In this document: piece after piece, positions 9,932-19,566 of the stretch
Layout of the letters: every line of letters begins with the position of its first letter
Position numbering within the stretch: the stretch's first letter is position 1
Source of the DNA: Calothrix sp. NIES-2100
GTDB taxonomy: Bacteria > Cyanobacteriota > Cyanobacteriia > Cyanobacteriales > Nostocaceae
Length of the DNA stretch: 64,000 bases
Direction of reading: 5' to 3'
Assembly: GCA_002368195.1 (NCBI GenBank)
Contig: AP018178.1
Coordinates: forward strand, 5,145,286-5,209,285
Notes under the pieces: model-generated
Database searches by the model: none
Told to the model about the DNA's origin: nothing
What the model saw: only the letters and a program-made list of their open reading frames with translations
Made by a program: the position numbers and the translations under genes

Positions 9932-11512
9932 TTAAAATTCCATTGTCTGATTGATATAGATTTCAACTTCTGTACCGGCTGGTAAAAACCAAACGTTGGT
10001 TCGCTGCATCATGTCGGAGATTGCTTGTTGATTGCGTTGGGCAATTTGCGGGACTACGGTGTTCATCCCACCTTCTAAGGCTGCTGCGATCATGTTGCGT
10101 TCTGGGTTATTAGTGCTAACCACAGTACCGCCTGCATTAGTTGTGACAACTTGGGATTCAGTCCGATTCATTAACTCGGCGGCTTTACCTAAACCACCCA
10201 AAACAAACAGTCCTATATCCATACTGGCAATGGATGATCCACGATTAGGATATTGTCTTGCTACCAGCGGTTTACCTTGGGAACCGCGAATCATGATGGC
10301 ATTTGGCGGTAAGCTATTTTCAGATATTCCATTACTATCTTTAGCGATCGCTTTCACCACATTTAGCTGTAGTAACCCTTGTTCGGAAAGAGTACGAATT
10401 TCTGTTAATAACTCCGTACCCGCAGGTATAGCAACGTTTCCATCTACACCTTTTAAAGGTTCTTGTAACCGCACGACAAATGTATTTTTGGCGGTTTCCT
10501 CGCCATTATTAGCGGCGGAATTAGAGGTTTCGCCAAATACAGCTGTGGCTAGCACAGCTTTAGCGCTACTCCCGACTGCTAAGGATTTGGAACCCTGCTT
10601 TGTTTGTTTATTTGCAATCAGAGTTGAGTCTTCTGTTGTGCTTGCATTCTGAGTTCCTGGCTCTGGGGTTGATTCAGGCTGAGGGTTAGTTGCCTGTTGC
10701 TGTATGTTGGGATTATTGGCAGTTTCAGCATTATTGACATTTGCTGTCTGTTGATTTTGGCTTACCTGACCATAACTACCTAACTTAGCTAGATTTGTCC
10801 ACATTTGATAGGGATCTAGTTTAGGTTTGGGAGTTTCTTTGATTGCTGGGGGAATATCCGGTTTGACAGCTAAAAGCTGGGGTTGGGATGGTGGTAAAGG
10901 TTGAGAGGGTGGTAAAGGTAGAGAGGCGATCGCTTGTTGTGGAGGTTGCGGTACATTAACGATGCGTTCAACTGTGACTATTTTCGGTGCGTTGCTTTTT
11001 GGCGTTTGTTTTGCGGCTATTGACTGTGGTTGAATTTGTGTATTTCTCAGTTGTTGTTGTGCTAGTTTCACCGCCTCTGCTTGTTCGGTGAGTGCTAATT
11101 TAGTTTTCAACTTTTCGATTTCTAACTCTTGCGGTGGAGATTCATTTACTATCGGCGTTTTCACTGGGGAAGTAATATTCTTCCTTTTTGGTTTTTGATT
11201 GTTGCTACTCATCATCTGAGTTAAAAACCCACCAGCAAACAGAACCACAGCGAAAGTCGCTGTACCTACTAAGCCTAATTTAGCAAAGGGATTTCCGGCA
11301 AAAGATTGCTCCGTTTTTACTTCTGATGGTTGCGAAATTTCAGGCTCTGAGATACCTGATTCTTCTATTGTTTCATCGCGGTCAAAGGAGAATTCTCCAT
11401 TTTCTAACCCGACTAATTTTGCCATTCTTAATTCCCAATCTTGAGAATCAATTTCTTCTAGTTGGCAATTCTTACTTGCAGAAATTTTTGCTGAACTTGA
11501 ATAGGGAGTCAT
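9932..11512 (-). CDS. VirB10/TrbI-like type IV secretion protein
   Basis: N-terminal TM helix, long Pro/Gln-rich linker, C-terminal beta-rich domain with IPAGTEL...LQLNVVKAI...GT.V.IYINQT pattern typical of TrbI/VirB10. Confidence 0.65.
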   Translation of the reverse strand: MTPYSSSAKISASKNCQLEEIDSQDWELRMAKLVGLENGEFSFDRDETIEESGISEPEISQPSEVKTEQSFAGNPFAKLGLVGTATFAVVLFAGGFLTQMMSSNNQKPKRKNITSPVKTPIVNESPPQELEIEKLKTKLALTEQAEAVKLAQQQLRNTQIQPQSIAAKQTPKSNAPKIVTVERIVNVPQPPQQAIASLPLPPSQPLPPSQPQLLAVKPDIPPAIKETPKPKLDPYQMWTNLAKLGSYGQVSQNQQTANVNNAETANNPNIQQQATNPQPESTPEPGTQNASTTEDSTLIANKQTKQGSKSLAVGSSAKAVLATAVFGETSNSAANNGEETAKNTFVVRLQEPLKGVDGNVAIPAGTELLTEIRTLSEQGLLQLNVVKAIAKDSNGISENSLPPNAIMIRGSQGKPLVARQYPNRGSSIASMDIGLFVLGGLGKAAELMNRTESQVVTTNAGGTVVSTNNPERNMIAAALEGGMNTVVPQIAQRNQQAISDMMQRTNVWFLPAGTEVEIYINQTMEF

Positions 11513-11521
11513 AAGTACGTC

Positions 11522-12214
11522 TTAGGGTGAATTTTCCGAACAACTTTTATCTTTCATGTCACAAATCTTGTAGATTTGTAATCTAGCCGAACCTAGGCGG
11601 TAAGCAGCCTGTTGCAAAGGAATTGCAGACTGAGGTAAAGAAGTAACTTGTTCATCTGTAGCTTGGACATAAATTTGTTGATTAACGGGAATCGACTCGC
11701 CAAGTCTATCTGCACCCTGAAAAACTAATTGATGAGCAACCATTTCGACTTTCCACTTACCCTCAGCTATTTTTTCGGGTTGAGAAATTCTCTGGATCGC
11801 TAATAGCTGCTCATCTGATTGATTGTAGTTATTTAATTTTTTATTGGGATTTAAGTTATTAATTTTGGTTTGTAATTTGGGCTGAAAATCTTCAGTTACT
11901 AATTGAGAACTAATTTCCCAAACAGTATTTTGTGGTTGCTGCTGTGACCAAGTTAACATTAAAGTCATTGTTTCGCCCACAAATCGCCGAATTGTTTGTT
12001 GATCTCGTTCTAAATTTTCTTGTGGGTTGACTGTAATTGCCCGACCATCAGCCAATTGTACCAAACTTGGCAATGTTGTTTGCCGATTTAATCGCTGCAA
12101 AATCGACCAGTGAAACATCAATACCAACAAAGTTAACAGATGTACTCCCAATGTGCCAATGGCAAACAATGGTAAGATATTAGTCTTTTTATTTTCTGTT
12201 TTCAGTATTTGCAT
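11522..12214 (-). CDS. Bitopic membrane protein, VirB8-like candidate (paralog A)
   Basis: N-terminal TM; clear paralogy with 12218..13042 (FAIxTxG..LL, QLxDGxA, RDxxAIRxF, TMTL..WS, GKWxVxMVA, LxIYE). Confidence 0.4.
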   Translation of the reverse strand: MQILKTENKKTNILPLFAIGTLGVHLLTLLVLMFHWSILQRLNRQTTLPSLVQLADGRAITVNPQENLERDQQTIRRFVGETMTLMLTWSQQQPQNTVWEISSQLVTEDFQPKLQTKINNLNPNKKLNNYNQSDEQLLAIQRISQPEKIAEGKWKVEMVAHQLVFQGADRLGESIPVNQQIYVQATDEQVTSLPQSAIPLQQAAYRLGSARLQIYKICDMKDKSCSENSP

Positions 12215-12217
12215 TGT

Positions 12218-13042
12218 TTATCTAGTAAAATTGCCAGATTTTTGTTCGGTTTCACATTGAGTTGATTTTGCTCCTTCCAAATTATCATACTTATCAATTA
12301 AACATAAATTCCGCATCTCATAAATTTCTAATCTCTCAGCCCGCACCAAATAAATTGCTTTTTGTAAAACTGTTAGTTGTTCAGATTGGGGATAATCAAA
12401 GTAATCTACTGCTTGCACCAATATATCTTTATTAAAAGGAACAATTAACTTTTTGCCATCAGCTTTTTTAGTTTGAATCAAGTCAGCTACCATCCCCACT
12501 TGCCATTTACCTGGTGAAATTTCTTTCGGGGGATAAACCCGTTTAATTACTAATTGTCCTGAGATAATTTGTTGCGGATTATTGGCGAAAACTTCTGGTG
12601 GTGTCATCAGCGCAATTTGACCTAAAAACCCTTTGCGGAAATCTTCAGCAAAGGCAAAACTAGCTATCCAACTACTAGTAGTCACTTTTTGACTACCACC
12701 ATTGGGGGTTTTAATTAGTATTCCCAAATCTGGTTTAGGCTTACCAAATTCTTCCAGGGATTGTGGCGGTAAAGTTCCTGACCAGTCAAAGATTAATGTC
12801 ATCGTTTTACTAATGAATTGGCGAATTGCTTCGCTATCTCTAACTAAATCATCACCAGAATCAACAGCTTTACCATCAACCATCTGCACAAAATTCGGCT
12901 GTTTTCTCACACTCAGTTGGCGAATATTCAAGCCTTGGGCGATTAAAAACAGCAACAGTAATAGCTGCAATCCAAAAGTAGCGATCGCAAAAATTGTTAA
13001 AATACTGGCAGTACGTTGTTTTTTCTCTAATAACCGTACCAT
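12218..13042 (-). CDS. Bitopic membrane protein, VirB8-like candidate (paralog B)
   Basis: Same architecture and conserved blocks as 11522..12214; tandem duplication. Confidence 0.4.
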   Translation of the reverse strand: MVRLLEKKQRTASILTIFAIATFGLQLLLLLFLIAQGLNIRQLSVRKQPNFVQMVDGKAVDSGDDLVRDSEAIRQFISKTMTLIFDWSGTLPPQSLEEFGKPKPDLGILIKTPNGGSQKVTTSSWIASFAFAEDFRKGFLGQIALMTPPEVFANNPQQIISGQLVIKRVYPPKEISPGKWQVGMVADLIQTKKADGKKLIVPFNKDILVQAVDYFDYPQSEQLTVLQKAIYLVRAERLEIYEMRNLCLIDKYDNLEGAKSTQCETEQKSGNFTR

Positions 13043-14089
13043 TTATACCCTCTCTTTCACCCAAGAAGCTGTATTCCCAATCGCATTAAAAACTGCAAAT
13101 CCTCCCGCCGCTGCTACTAATAAAGATAAAATCGGTGCTAAAATTCCTAAGAAAATCATGAACCACATTAAATCAGGGTCAGCATTGGGATCTTGGGCTG
13201 GGCCATTCACAATCACAGCAGCAGTTAACACAGCAATAATATTGAATGAAATTTTGGCAATCCCTAAAGATATAAACCCAGTCAGCCATGCAAAAATCGG
13301 TTTACCTGCTACTGGTAGTAAGGAACCACCCACCGCTAAAGGCCCTAAAGCTGCTATCAGCAACATCGTCGCCTCGATTAAATTTTGAAAAGCATATTGT
13401 AAGGAAACTAAAAAGTTTTTTATACTAGTTTGTACCGTAGAACCTAACAATGCATTAAAAGAACCTTCCGAGATATATCCTGTGCCATAGCTAATCTGAT
13501 TTACCTTATTTTCTAAGCGTTCAATCCAGACTTTATTACCATATAAATTTTTATATTCTTGCCAGAGATTATTAATTTTTTCTGATGCTTTAGTAAAGCA
13601 TTGAGATTGTTGTTCACCATTCAAAGATTGACAAGGACGTAGTAAAGCACCAGCCACCTCTTCCGCCACACTCATATTTAGCGCCTGCTGATAAACCGAG
13701 TTAGCATCTGCTGTGGCGATTACTTGCTGATTTACCGAATTGATAAAGTTGCGTACCCCTAAAGTCAAACTAGAAAGAATACTGCCATCTCCAGAATTAT
13801 TTAACAAAATCACCACCACAAACGGCCATATCATAGATGATATGGGACGAGAAAATTCACCTTCTAGGACATCTTTCAACCATTGCATGAGGAAAAATAA
13901 TAAAGTTCCCACCGCAAAAAATATACCTAAATTTGTTAAAGCGCCATAAATATTTTCACTGGGATTTTTTTGTAATAAATCTAGCCATTGATTCTCCCAG
14001 CTTTCGGCAATACTTTGGGCAGTTGTCGCGCCATTGCCGATAAATTCTCTAATGCCTGTATCCGCAGGAACTTGTAAAATATACTGCAT
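13043..14089 (-). CDS. Polytopic membrane protein, VirB6/TrbL-like candidate
   Basis: 348 aa with at least 5 predicted TM helices and a hydrophilic N-terminal region; positioned in the T4SS-like cluster. Confidence 0.45.
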   Translation of the reverse strand: MQYILQVPADTGIREFIGNGATTAQSIAESWENQWLDLLQKNPSENIYGALTNLGIFFAVGTLLFFLMQWLKDVLEGEFSRPISSMIWPFVVVILLNNSGDGSILSSLTLGVRNFINSVNQQVIATADANSVYQQALNMSVAEEVAGALLRPCQSLNGEQQSQCFTKASEKINNLWQEYKNLYGNKVWIERLENKVNQISYGTGYISEGSFNALLGSTVQTSIKNFLVSLQYAFQNLIEATMLLIAALGPLAVGGSLLPVAGKPIFAWLTGFISLGIAKISFNIIAVLTAAVIVNGPAQDPNADPDLMWFMIFLGILAPILSLLVAAAGGFAVFNAIGNTASWVKERV

Positions 14090-14118
14090 TTTAAGGTTTA
14101 AATTAGGGCATGGGGCAT

Positions 14119-14290
14119 GGGGCTTCTCTGCGAGACGCTGCGCGTAGCTTGCTTCCCGTAGGGTACGACTTCGCTCAGCCTACCAGGAATTGGGCATTGG
14201 GCTTCTCTGCGAGACGCTGCGCGTAGCTTGCTTCCCGTAGGGTACGACTTCGCGATAGTTGAGCGTAGTCGAAACTCAGCCTACCAGGTA
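14119..14290. repeat. Tandem duplicated ~77-bp element (GGGCTTCTCTGCGAGACGCTGCGCGTAGCTTGCTTCCCGTAGGGTACGACTTCGC...) flanked by (ATGGGGC)/(ATTGGGC) and (TGACAAA)n STRR
   Basis: Two copies read directly; 5' part recurs at 57112-57135 downstream of nifH. Confidence 0.7.
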
Positions 14291-14341
14291 TTGGGCATTG
14301 GGCAACTGACAAATGACAAATGACAAATGACAAATGACTAT

Positions 14342-15133
14342 TCACTTTTTAATTTCCTTCCTCCCAAATAAATCCATTTGCGAAGTTGTGCGTAACAGCC
14401 TTGCAGCTTCCGCCGATGAATCAACTCGCCGCGCCCGATTGTTTTCTTCCATTTGTTGAGAAATGCTGGCTAAATTTAAGTTAGAATATTGCATAAAATG
14501 GTTGACTTGCATCGTCTGAGCTAGGGTTTCTCCTGCAATTTTGGATTGCTGACTTTGAATTTTGAGAGTTTTTAGTTGTAAATCAGATTGACCACTGAAT
14601 AACGAACCTAAACCCGGAATACTTGCAGCACCTGCTTGAGTGAGTTGTGATGGTAAGCCATTAAGAATACTTTGATAGCTTTGATCTGCCTCTTGTGCGA
14701 TTTGAGCAATATTTTCTAGAGTGTCTTGAGTTTCTTGTAACTTGAGTTTTGTTCTAATTTGTCCATTTTTACCCAAAACACTGGCTACAGAACTGCGAGT
14801 AACTAGGCGATTAATTTCATTAGTAGCGACTGTAGATTTGAGCGCCGGATTATTATCGAATTTATCTGAGATGGAATTGACAATCACCACATTTCCTAAC
14901 CTATCTCCCGCTGCGACTGGATTGGGTAAGTTCAACTGTCCTGTAGATTCATTAATTGCATTTTGAGACTGCATTTCTACAGGCTTTAATGTGGTGCTTA
15001 AATTATTTTTGAGATAGTTTTGTAATTCGGCGGAGTAGGATTGAAAATCAACTAAAACATTGCCTAATTCTGCCATTGCTGGTAGTGTTACTAGCAATCC
15101 TAAACCGAGGGTAAAAATAATAGTTTTTTTCAT
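14342..15133 (-). CDS. Secreted alpha-helical protein, VirB5/TrbJ-like candidate
   Basis: Signal peptide MKKTIIFTLGLGLLVTLPAMA, Gln/Ser-rich helical sequence, 263 aa; sits between VirB4-like and VirB6-like genes. Confidence 0.35.
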   Translation of the reverse strand: MKKTIIFTLGLGLLVTLPAMAELGNVLVDFQSYSAELQNYLKNNLSTTLKPVEMQSQNAINESTGQLNLPNPVAAGDRLGNVVIVNSISDKFDNNPALKSTVATNEINRLVTRSSVASVLGKNGQIRTKLKLQETQDTLENIAQIAQEADQSYQSILNGLPSQLTQAGAASIPGLGSLFSGQSDLQLKTLKIQSQQSKIAGETLAQTMQVNHFMQYSNLNLASISQQMEENNRARRVDSSAEAARLLRTTSQMDLFGRKEIKK

Positions 15134-15139
15134 AGGTTT

Positions 15140-15262
15140 GTTATTTGTCAGTTGTCAGTTGTTAGTTGTCATTTGTCATTTGTTTTTCACTGTGTCCCTG
15201 CGTCTCCCTCATCCTCCTTGTCCCCCTTGTCCCCCTTGTCCCCCTTGTCCCTTCCCCTACCT
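15140..15262. repeat. STRR block (TTGTCAG/TTGTCAT heptamers then CCCCTTGT octamers)
   Basis: Read directly; produces spurious PCPPCPPC ORFs 15060..15281 and 15152..15379. Confidence 0.8.
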
Positions 15263-15263
15263 C

Positions 15264-18008
15264 TCAACTCCCGCGCAATGAGGCTACTAATTGACGCGCA
15301 AATACAGAAATTGCTTCATATTTATCTCGGTGTCGTTGCATTGATTGTTGGCGTGCAGATTGTTCGTGGGGATTGTTAGCAACTACAGCCAATTGTTCGT
15401 AACCTGGGTAGTAGCGACAGAATGTATAAATCCCGTTATCATCTAGCAACCACTGGCTATAAATCCCCTCTTTGCGAGGGAAGAAGCTTTCGGAAGCATT
15501 ACGGGCGATAATTTCTTTGGGATATTTCAAGATATCGACAAAACTATCCACCGCTACTGGCTGAATTCGACCGATTAATCTGGTGGTGAGGTTTTGTAAA
15601 ATTTTCGATGCAGCTTTGGATTTGGCGATGGTATCGGGGTCTTGTGCAGATAAAATGACGCGAATCCCCGCTTTTGCACCGTTAGCACAAATTCTGCCGA
15701 CTAAATTGGCGATTTGGTCAAATTCAAACAAAATTGGGGCTTCATCAATAAAGAATATCGAGGCGGGACTGCTGAGGGCGCGGCGTAAGGCGGCGGAGTA
15801 AGCACTCAAGGAAAGTACGGCTGCATCTTCGCTATCGGAGAGGTTGCGCAGTGCAAATACTAAAAGTTTGGCATCTGTGCGGAAGCTGGATGGGGCGGAA
15901 ATGGCTTGTCCGACGCGACTAGAAAGCCAAAATCGCAAGCGTAGCTGAATTTGACTCAATGCATCTTCAACTCTGCTGCTAAGGGAGTCGAGTTCTAAAT
16001 GTTCTGGGGAACAGAAATAGAGGAAATCTTTGAGAGTTGGGGTTTTTTGCCAAGCTAGAGAACCAAAACCCCCGTCCATTGCATCTTGATAACGCTGTTT
16101 GATACCGCGATCGCTAAAAAATGCCGCTAATGCTAAATTTATTAAGGAGCGTACAGTTTGTCCTAGCAGTGGGCTTTCTGTGGCTGACCCCAATACCATT
16201 GTCAGCAAAGCTGATTCCAAGAATGCGGTATAATCAAGCATTCTGTCCCGTTGTTCTTCTTCACTTAAAGAACGCAAATCTGGCTGCTCAAATAAGTTAT
16301 TCGATTGTTTAGAAATATCAAAGTAGGCTCCATTCTCCTCCATGAATTCTGTATAATCTGTGAAGGTGGATGTGCCATCGGGTTTCGGAAAGTCTAAGGC
16401 GACCACCGGAATATTATGAGCTAAAGCTTGGGTTAAAATTCCCGACACCAACACCGATTTTCCGGCTCTGGTTGTGGCAAATAATGCTAAATTTTTGTGT
16501 TGGGTAAATAAATCTAAATGTATCGGTGTACCCCCTTCCGAGGCAATTAATTCAAAGCCTTGACTATCACCTTTTCTAGTTAATACCAAAGGCATTAATC
16601 CGGGAACTTCGCTAGTTAAATATAACTGTCGCCGATTAAAGGGTTTGACTAATAAACCTTCCCAAACTATCGGCAACGATTGTAACCAAATCTTCCAAGC
16701 ATATTCGGTTTCTCTAATTACCTTGGCTGGGCGTTGAAAACAGTTTTCAATATATCTTGTGGCTGCATCCAATTGTTCAACACTAGAACGATGGACGAAC
16801 ATAGCTATCCCTGTATATATAGGTACGGCTCCTTCAAACAATTGTTCTTGGGCTGCTACGGATTTCTTTAATTTTAATTGGGCATTGACATCAATTGTTC
16901 TACTTTTTTCTTGAGCCATGAGGGCTGTCATATTTGACTGCTTCAGGACTCGTTGTAAGGTAGTCTTTACTAATGCCGGATTTGCGGCTGTTAACTGACA
17001 AAATATCTCTGTATCTACTACAGTTTCTCTGGATAATACTTCCCATAAATAGCGCAGTTGGGAGGATTTATTTGCCCAGCCACCGGGTTTATCTAAAAAT
17101 GTGAGTGCGCCAATATAGCGATTGTTGACATTCACCCACCGCCTGTCTGCACAAGGAACACCAGATTCCATCAGTAAGGTGGTACTGTGAATATTCTCGA
17201 CTAAAAGTTTCGTACTCGGCAAGTCGGAATAAACTTGTTCGTGCAGTCCGCTTTCATCTAAGGTGAGCAATTGGGGAATCTCTATCGGGGGCGTATCGTT
17301 AAATCTTCTCCAGATTTCTCCCCATAGTTGTGTGGCGGTTAATGGCTTAATATCTAAGCCCATTTTGTTAGATAACAGTTGTTCCCAACGACTAAAACCT
17401 TGTTTATAGGCGTTGGTAATTACGGTTTCTAGGCGCTGGTTTTCTACTTCGGCAATATCCCCTTTAAATTTCAACCACCAAGCTTCGGTTCTGGCTAAAA
17501 ATTTCTCAATTACATCATCTGCATTGGCAGCATTTGGTTCCACGGTGTATGTGACATAAATCCGCAGAAATTTTGGTTTGCGAATCCCGGAATTTGTCAA
17601 TTCTTTAGTTCTGGCTCGTTCTGCCATTAACAAGTATTTGATATCCCGAGAACTGCTATTTCTGGCTAAATCGGCTAATTCTTGTTGTCGTTCTTTGTCG
17701 TCAATAAATGACCCCAAATGCAACGTCATTTTTTCGCCGCTGGGGATGTCTTTTAATCCGGCTTCGATGTTGTCAAAAATTGTATCGATTTGTTCTCTTC
17801 TCAAGGTGCTATGAATGCCACGACATTCAAACCCAAACACAAAGCAAAATCTATCTTTTTGGTTGCCTTTGGTTAAAATATAAGCGCCGATATCTCGTCT
17901 ATTAAAGGAGACGCGCAGCATTGTGGCTAGGTGTAAGGCATCTTCAAACGGTGTTAACCTGGCGTTGCCGGCGGTACCGATGCTTTGTTTTCCGATTTTT
18001 TGCTTCAT
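15264..18008 (-). CDS. VirB4/TrbE/CagE-like type IV secretion ATPase
   Basis: 914 aa; Walker A FATTRAGKSV and Walker B-like FFIDEAP in the C-terminal half; size and layout match VirB4-family ATPases. Confidence 0.65.
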   Translation of the reverse strand: MKQKIGKQSIGTAGNARLTPFEDALHLATMLRVSFNRRDIGAYILTKGNQKDRFCFVFGFECRGIHSTLRREQIDTIFDNIEAGLKDIPSGEKMTLHLGSFIDDKERQQELADLARNSSSRDIKYLLMAERARTKELTNSGIRKPKFLRIYVTYTVEPNAANADDVIEKFLARTEAWWLKFKGDIAEVENQRLETVITNAYKQGFSRWEQLLSNKMGLDIKPLTATQLWGEIWRRFNDTPPIEIPQLLTLDESGLHEQVYSDLPSTKLLVENIHSTTLLMESGVPCADRRWVNVNNRYIGALTFLDKPGGWANKSSQLRYLWEVLSRETVVDTEIFCQLTAANPALVKTTLQRVLKQSNMTALMAQEKSRTIDVNAQLKLKKSVAAQEQLFEGAVPIYTGIAMFVHRSSVEQLDAATRYIENCFQRPAKVIRETEYAWKIWLQSLPIVWEGLLVKPFNRRQLYLTSEVPGLMPLVLTRKGDSQGFELIASEGGTPIHLDLFTQHKNLALFATTRAGKSVLVSGILTQALAHNIPVVALDFPKPDGTSTFTDYTEFMEENGAYFDISKQSNNLFEQPDLRSLSEEEQRDRMLDYTAFLESALLTMVLGSATESPLLGQTVRSLINLALAAFFSDRGIKQRYQDAMDGGFGSLAWQKTPTLKDFLYFCSPEHLELDSLSSRVEDALSQIQLRLRFWLSSRVGQAISAPSSFRTDAKLLVFALRNLSDSEDAAVLSLSAYSAALRRALSSPASIFFIDEAPILFEFDQIANLVGRICANGAKAGIRVILSAQDPDTIAKSKAASKILQNLTTRLIGRIQPVAVDSFVDILKYPKEIIARNASESFFPRKEGIYSQWLLDDNGIYTFCRYYPGYEQLAVVANNPHEQSARQQSMQRHRDKYEAISVFARQLVASLRGS

Positions 18009-18336
18009 GATTTACTTCCAACAAGCTTTGATAACGTGCAAAGCCTCTTGTCCATGCAGGAACACCAATAAATTTACTTAAAAAGCTCCAACTTCTACCA
18101 CCAGTTAAGATCCACCAGGTTGCCATTCCCCAAGCGGCGATTAGGAATGTCCACATCCATTTTTTAAATTCATCTTGAAATAGTCCGCCAAAGATGCCGT
18201 TAATTATAAAATAGGCTGCTAGGGCAATGACTGTCCACGGTAAGATTTGATCTGCTGGTATGGGGCCGAGGGATGGTTGAGAGCCTAAAATTTGATTGAC
18301 TGGACGAAAGTCTTTGTCTGGTTCTTGAGACATCAC
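17944..18336 (-). CDS. Small membrane protein, VirB3-like candidate
   Basis: 130 aa, two TM helices, immediately upstream of and overlapping the VirB4-like gene as in virB3-virB4 arrangements. Confidence 0.4.
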   Translation of the reverse strand: MMSQEPDKDFRPVNQILGSQPSLGPIPADQILPWTVIALAAYFIINGIFGGLFQDEFKKWMWTFLIAAWGMATWWILTGGRSWSFLSKFIGVPAWTRGFARYQSLLEVNHEAKNRKTKHRYRRQRQVNTV

Positions 18337-18347
18337 AAATCGCTCAA

Positions 18348-19001
18348 TTACTTACTATTATTATTGCCAATGACAAAGCCTGTTAATACATCCGCGATGG
18401 TGACAGCAACCACAACTAATAAGGGGGTTCTGGCGATGTTTTGCCAATCTTCGTCTTTTCGCACGGCGTTAACTACGCCAATCAGGGCGACAGCTATATA
18501 TAGTAGGTATAGTGCCCGTAAGACGTTAAAGACTAATCCTACTGCTAGTTGGGTACCTCCAGCGTTGCTTGTGCCTTGAGTCAGGGTGTTTTGAAAGAAG
18601 TCTTCCGCTTTTTTGAAAAATTGCCCTTGTGCTGGCGCGGCGAAGTAATCTAGCCAGAATATGCTCAACAGGGTGACTGCTGCTAATATTTGCAGTGGGA
18701 TTAGTTGGCTTTTTGGTATTGTTATTGCCTCTCCTAAGCGCTGTATTACTATTGTGATTAAACTCCCCATGAGTAAACAAAAAAGTAACACAGGGCTTTT
18801 CAGGCTAATAACGCTTAATAGTACTGCGCAGGCTAGCAAAAAGGGTATTGATTCAATTAGCTGCAACCACCAGTATTTCAGCGTCCCTCGAAATTGATTG
18901 ACTGCTTTCATCATGCTCCTAGGTAAGGTTGTGAAGAAGTTCCGCTGATGGGAACGTTGCTTGAACATTTGAGCAATTTCCCCATTGATGATTAATCTCA
19001 A
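18348..19001 (-). CDS. Polytopic membrane protein (first gene of the T4SS-like cluster; VirB2/VirB6-like candidate)
   Basis: 217 aa with 4-5 hydrophobic helices. Confidence 0.35.
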   Translation of the reverse strand: MRLIINGEIAQMFKQRSHQRNFFTTLPRSMMKAVNQFRGTLKYWWLQLIESIPFLLACAVLLSVISLKSPVLLFCLLMGSLITIVIQRLGEAITIPKSQLIPLQILAAVTLLSIFWLDYFAAPAQGQFFKKAEDFFQNTLTQGTSNAGGTQLAVGLVFNVLRALYLLYIAVALIGVVNAVRKDEDWQNIARTPLLVVVAVTIADVLTGFVIGNNNSK

Positions 19002-19566
19002 ATAGCTCTGTCCTACAGAAACTATTATTTCATCTATGCGCGATCGCCAGATTTTTACTTATTTCCGTGCGATTTCCCACCCCTAGGTGTTCTTTTTCCC
19101 TTAACATCTTCATAATCTTTTCTACCTCCATGTAGCTGATGAATTTGATATACACGTAAAAGTTGTTTGTCGCGAGCCGCTACAACAAACTTATTACACT
19201 TAGATTAGTTCAAAATCAATTTGACTAAAATTCTGCGTAAATTTACGGTGGTAAATGCCAAATATCAGGGGAATTAGTTTATCAAAATTAAACTTAACTA
19301 TTTTCCCATACCCTGGAGTATCTTATTCAGGCCTAGTTTAATACCTGAACACCCTAATTCAAATAAGCAAAAATGCCTATTGACACAGATATACCCATTG
19401 TAAATTGCTACTCATTTCCGGCAAGTAAAATCCGCAAATCCCGTCTGTGTCAATATGTCATCCATCCGCAGAACTAAACTAAATCTTCCAAAAAACTTTA
19501 TCAAATCCTCAAAATTGCAATTTGTTAAGTTTTTCTTTACCATTTCTTAAAGACACAAAAATCAAC

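Noticed and set aside
15060-15379. ORFs 15060..15281 and 15152..15379 (PCPPCPPCP, SPLSPLSPL)
   Set aside because: STRR repeat translations between two genes of the T4SS-like cluster.
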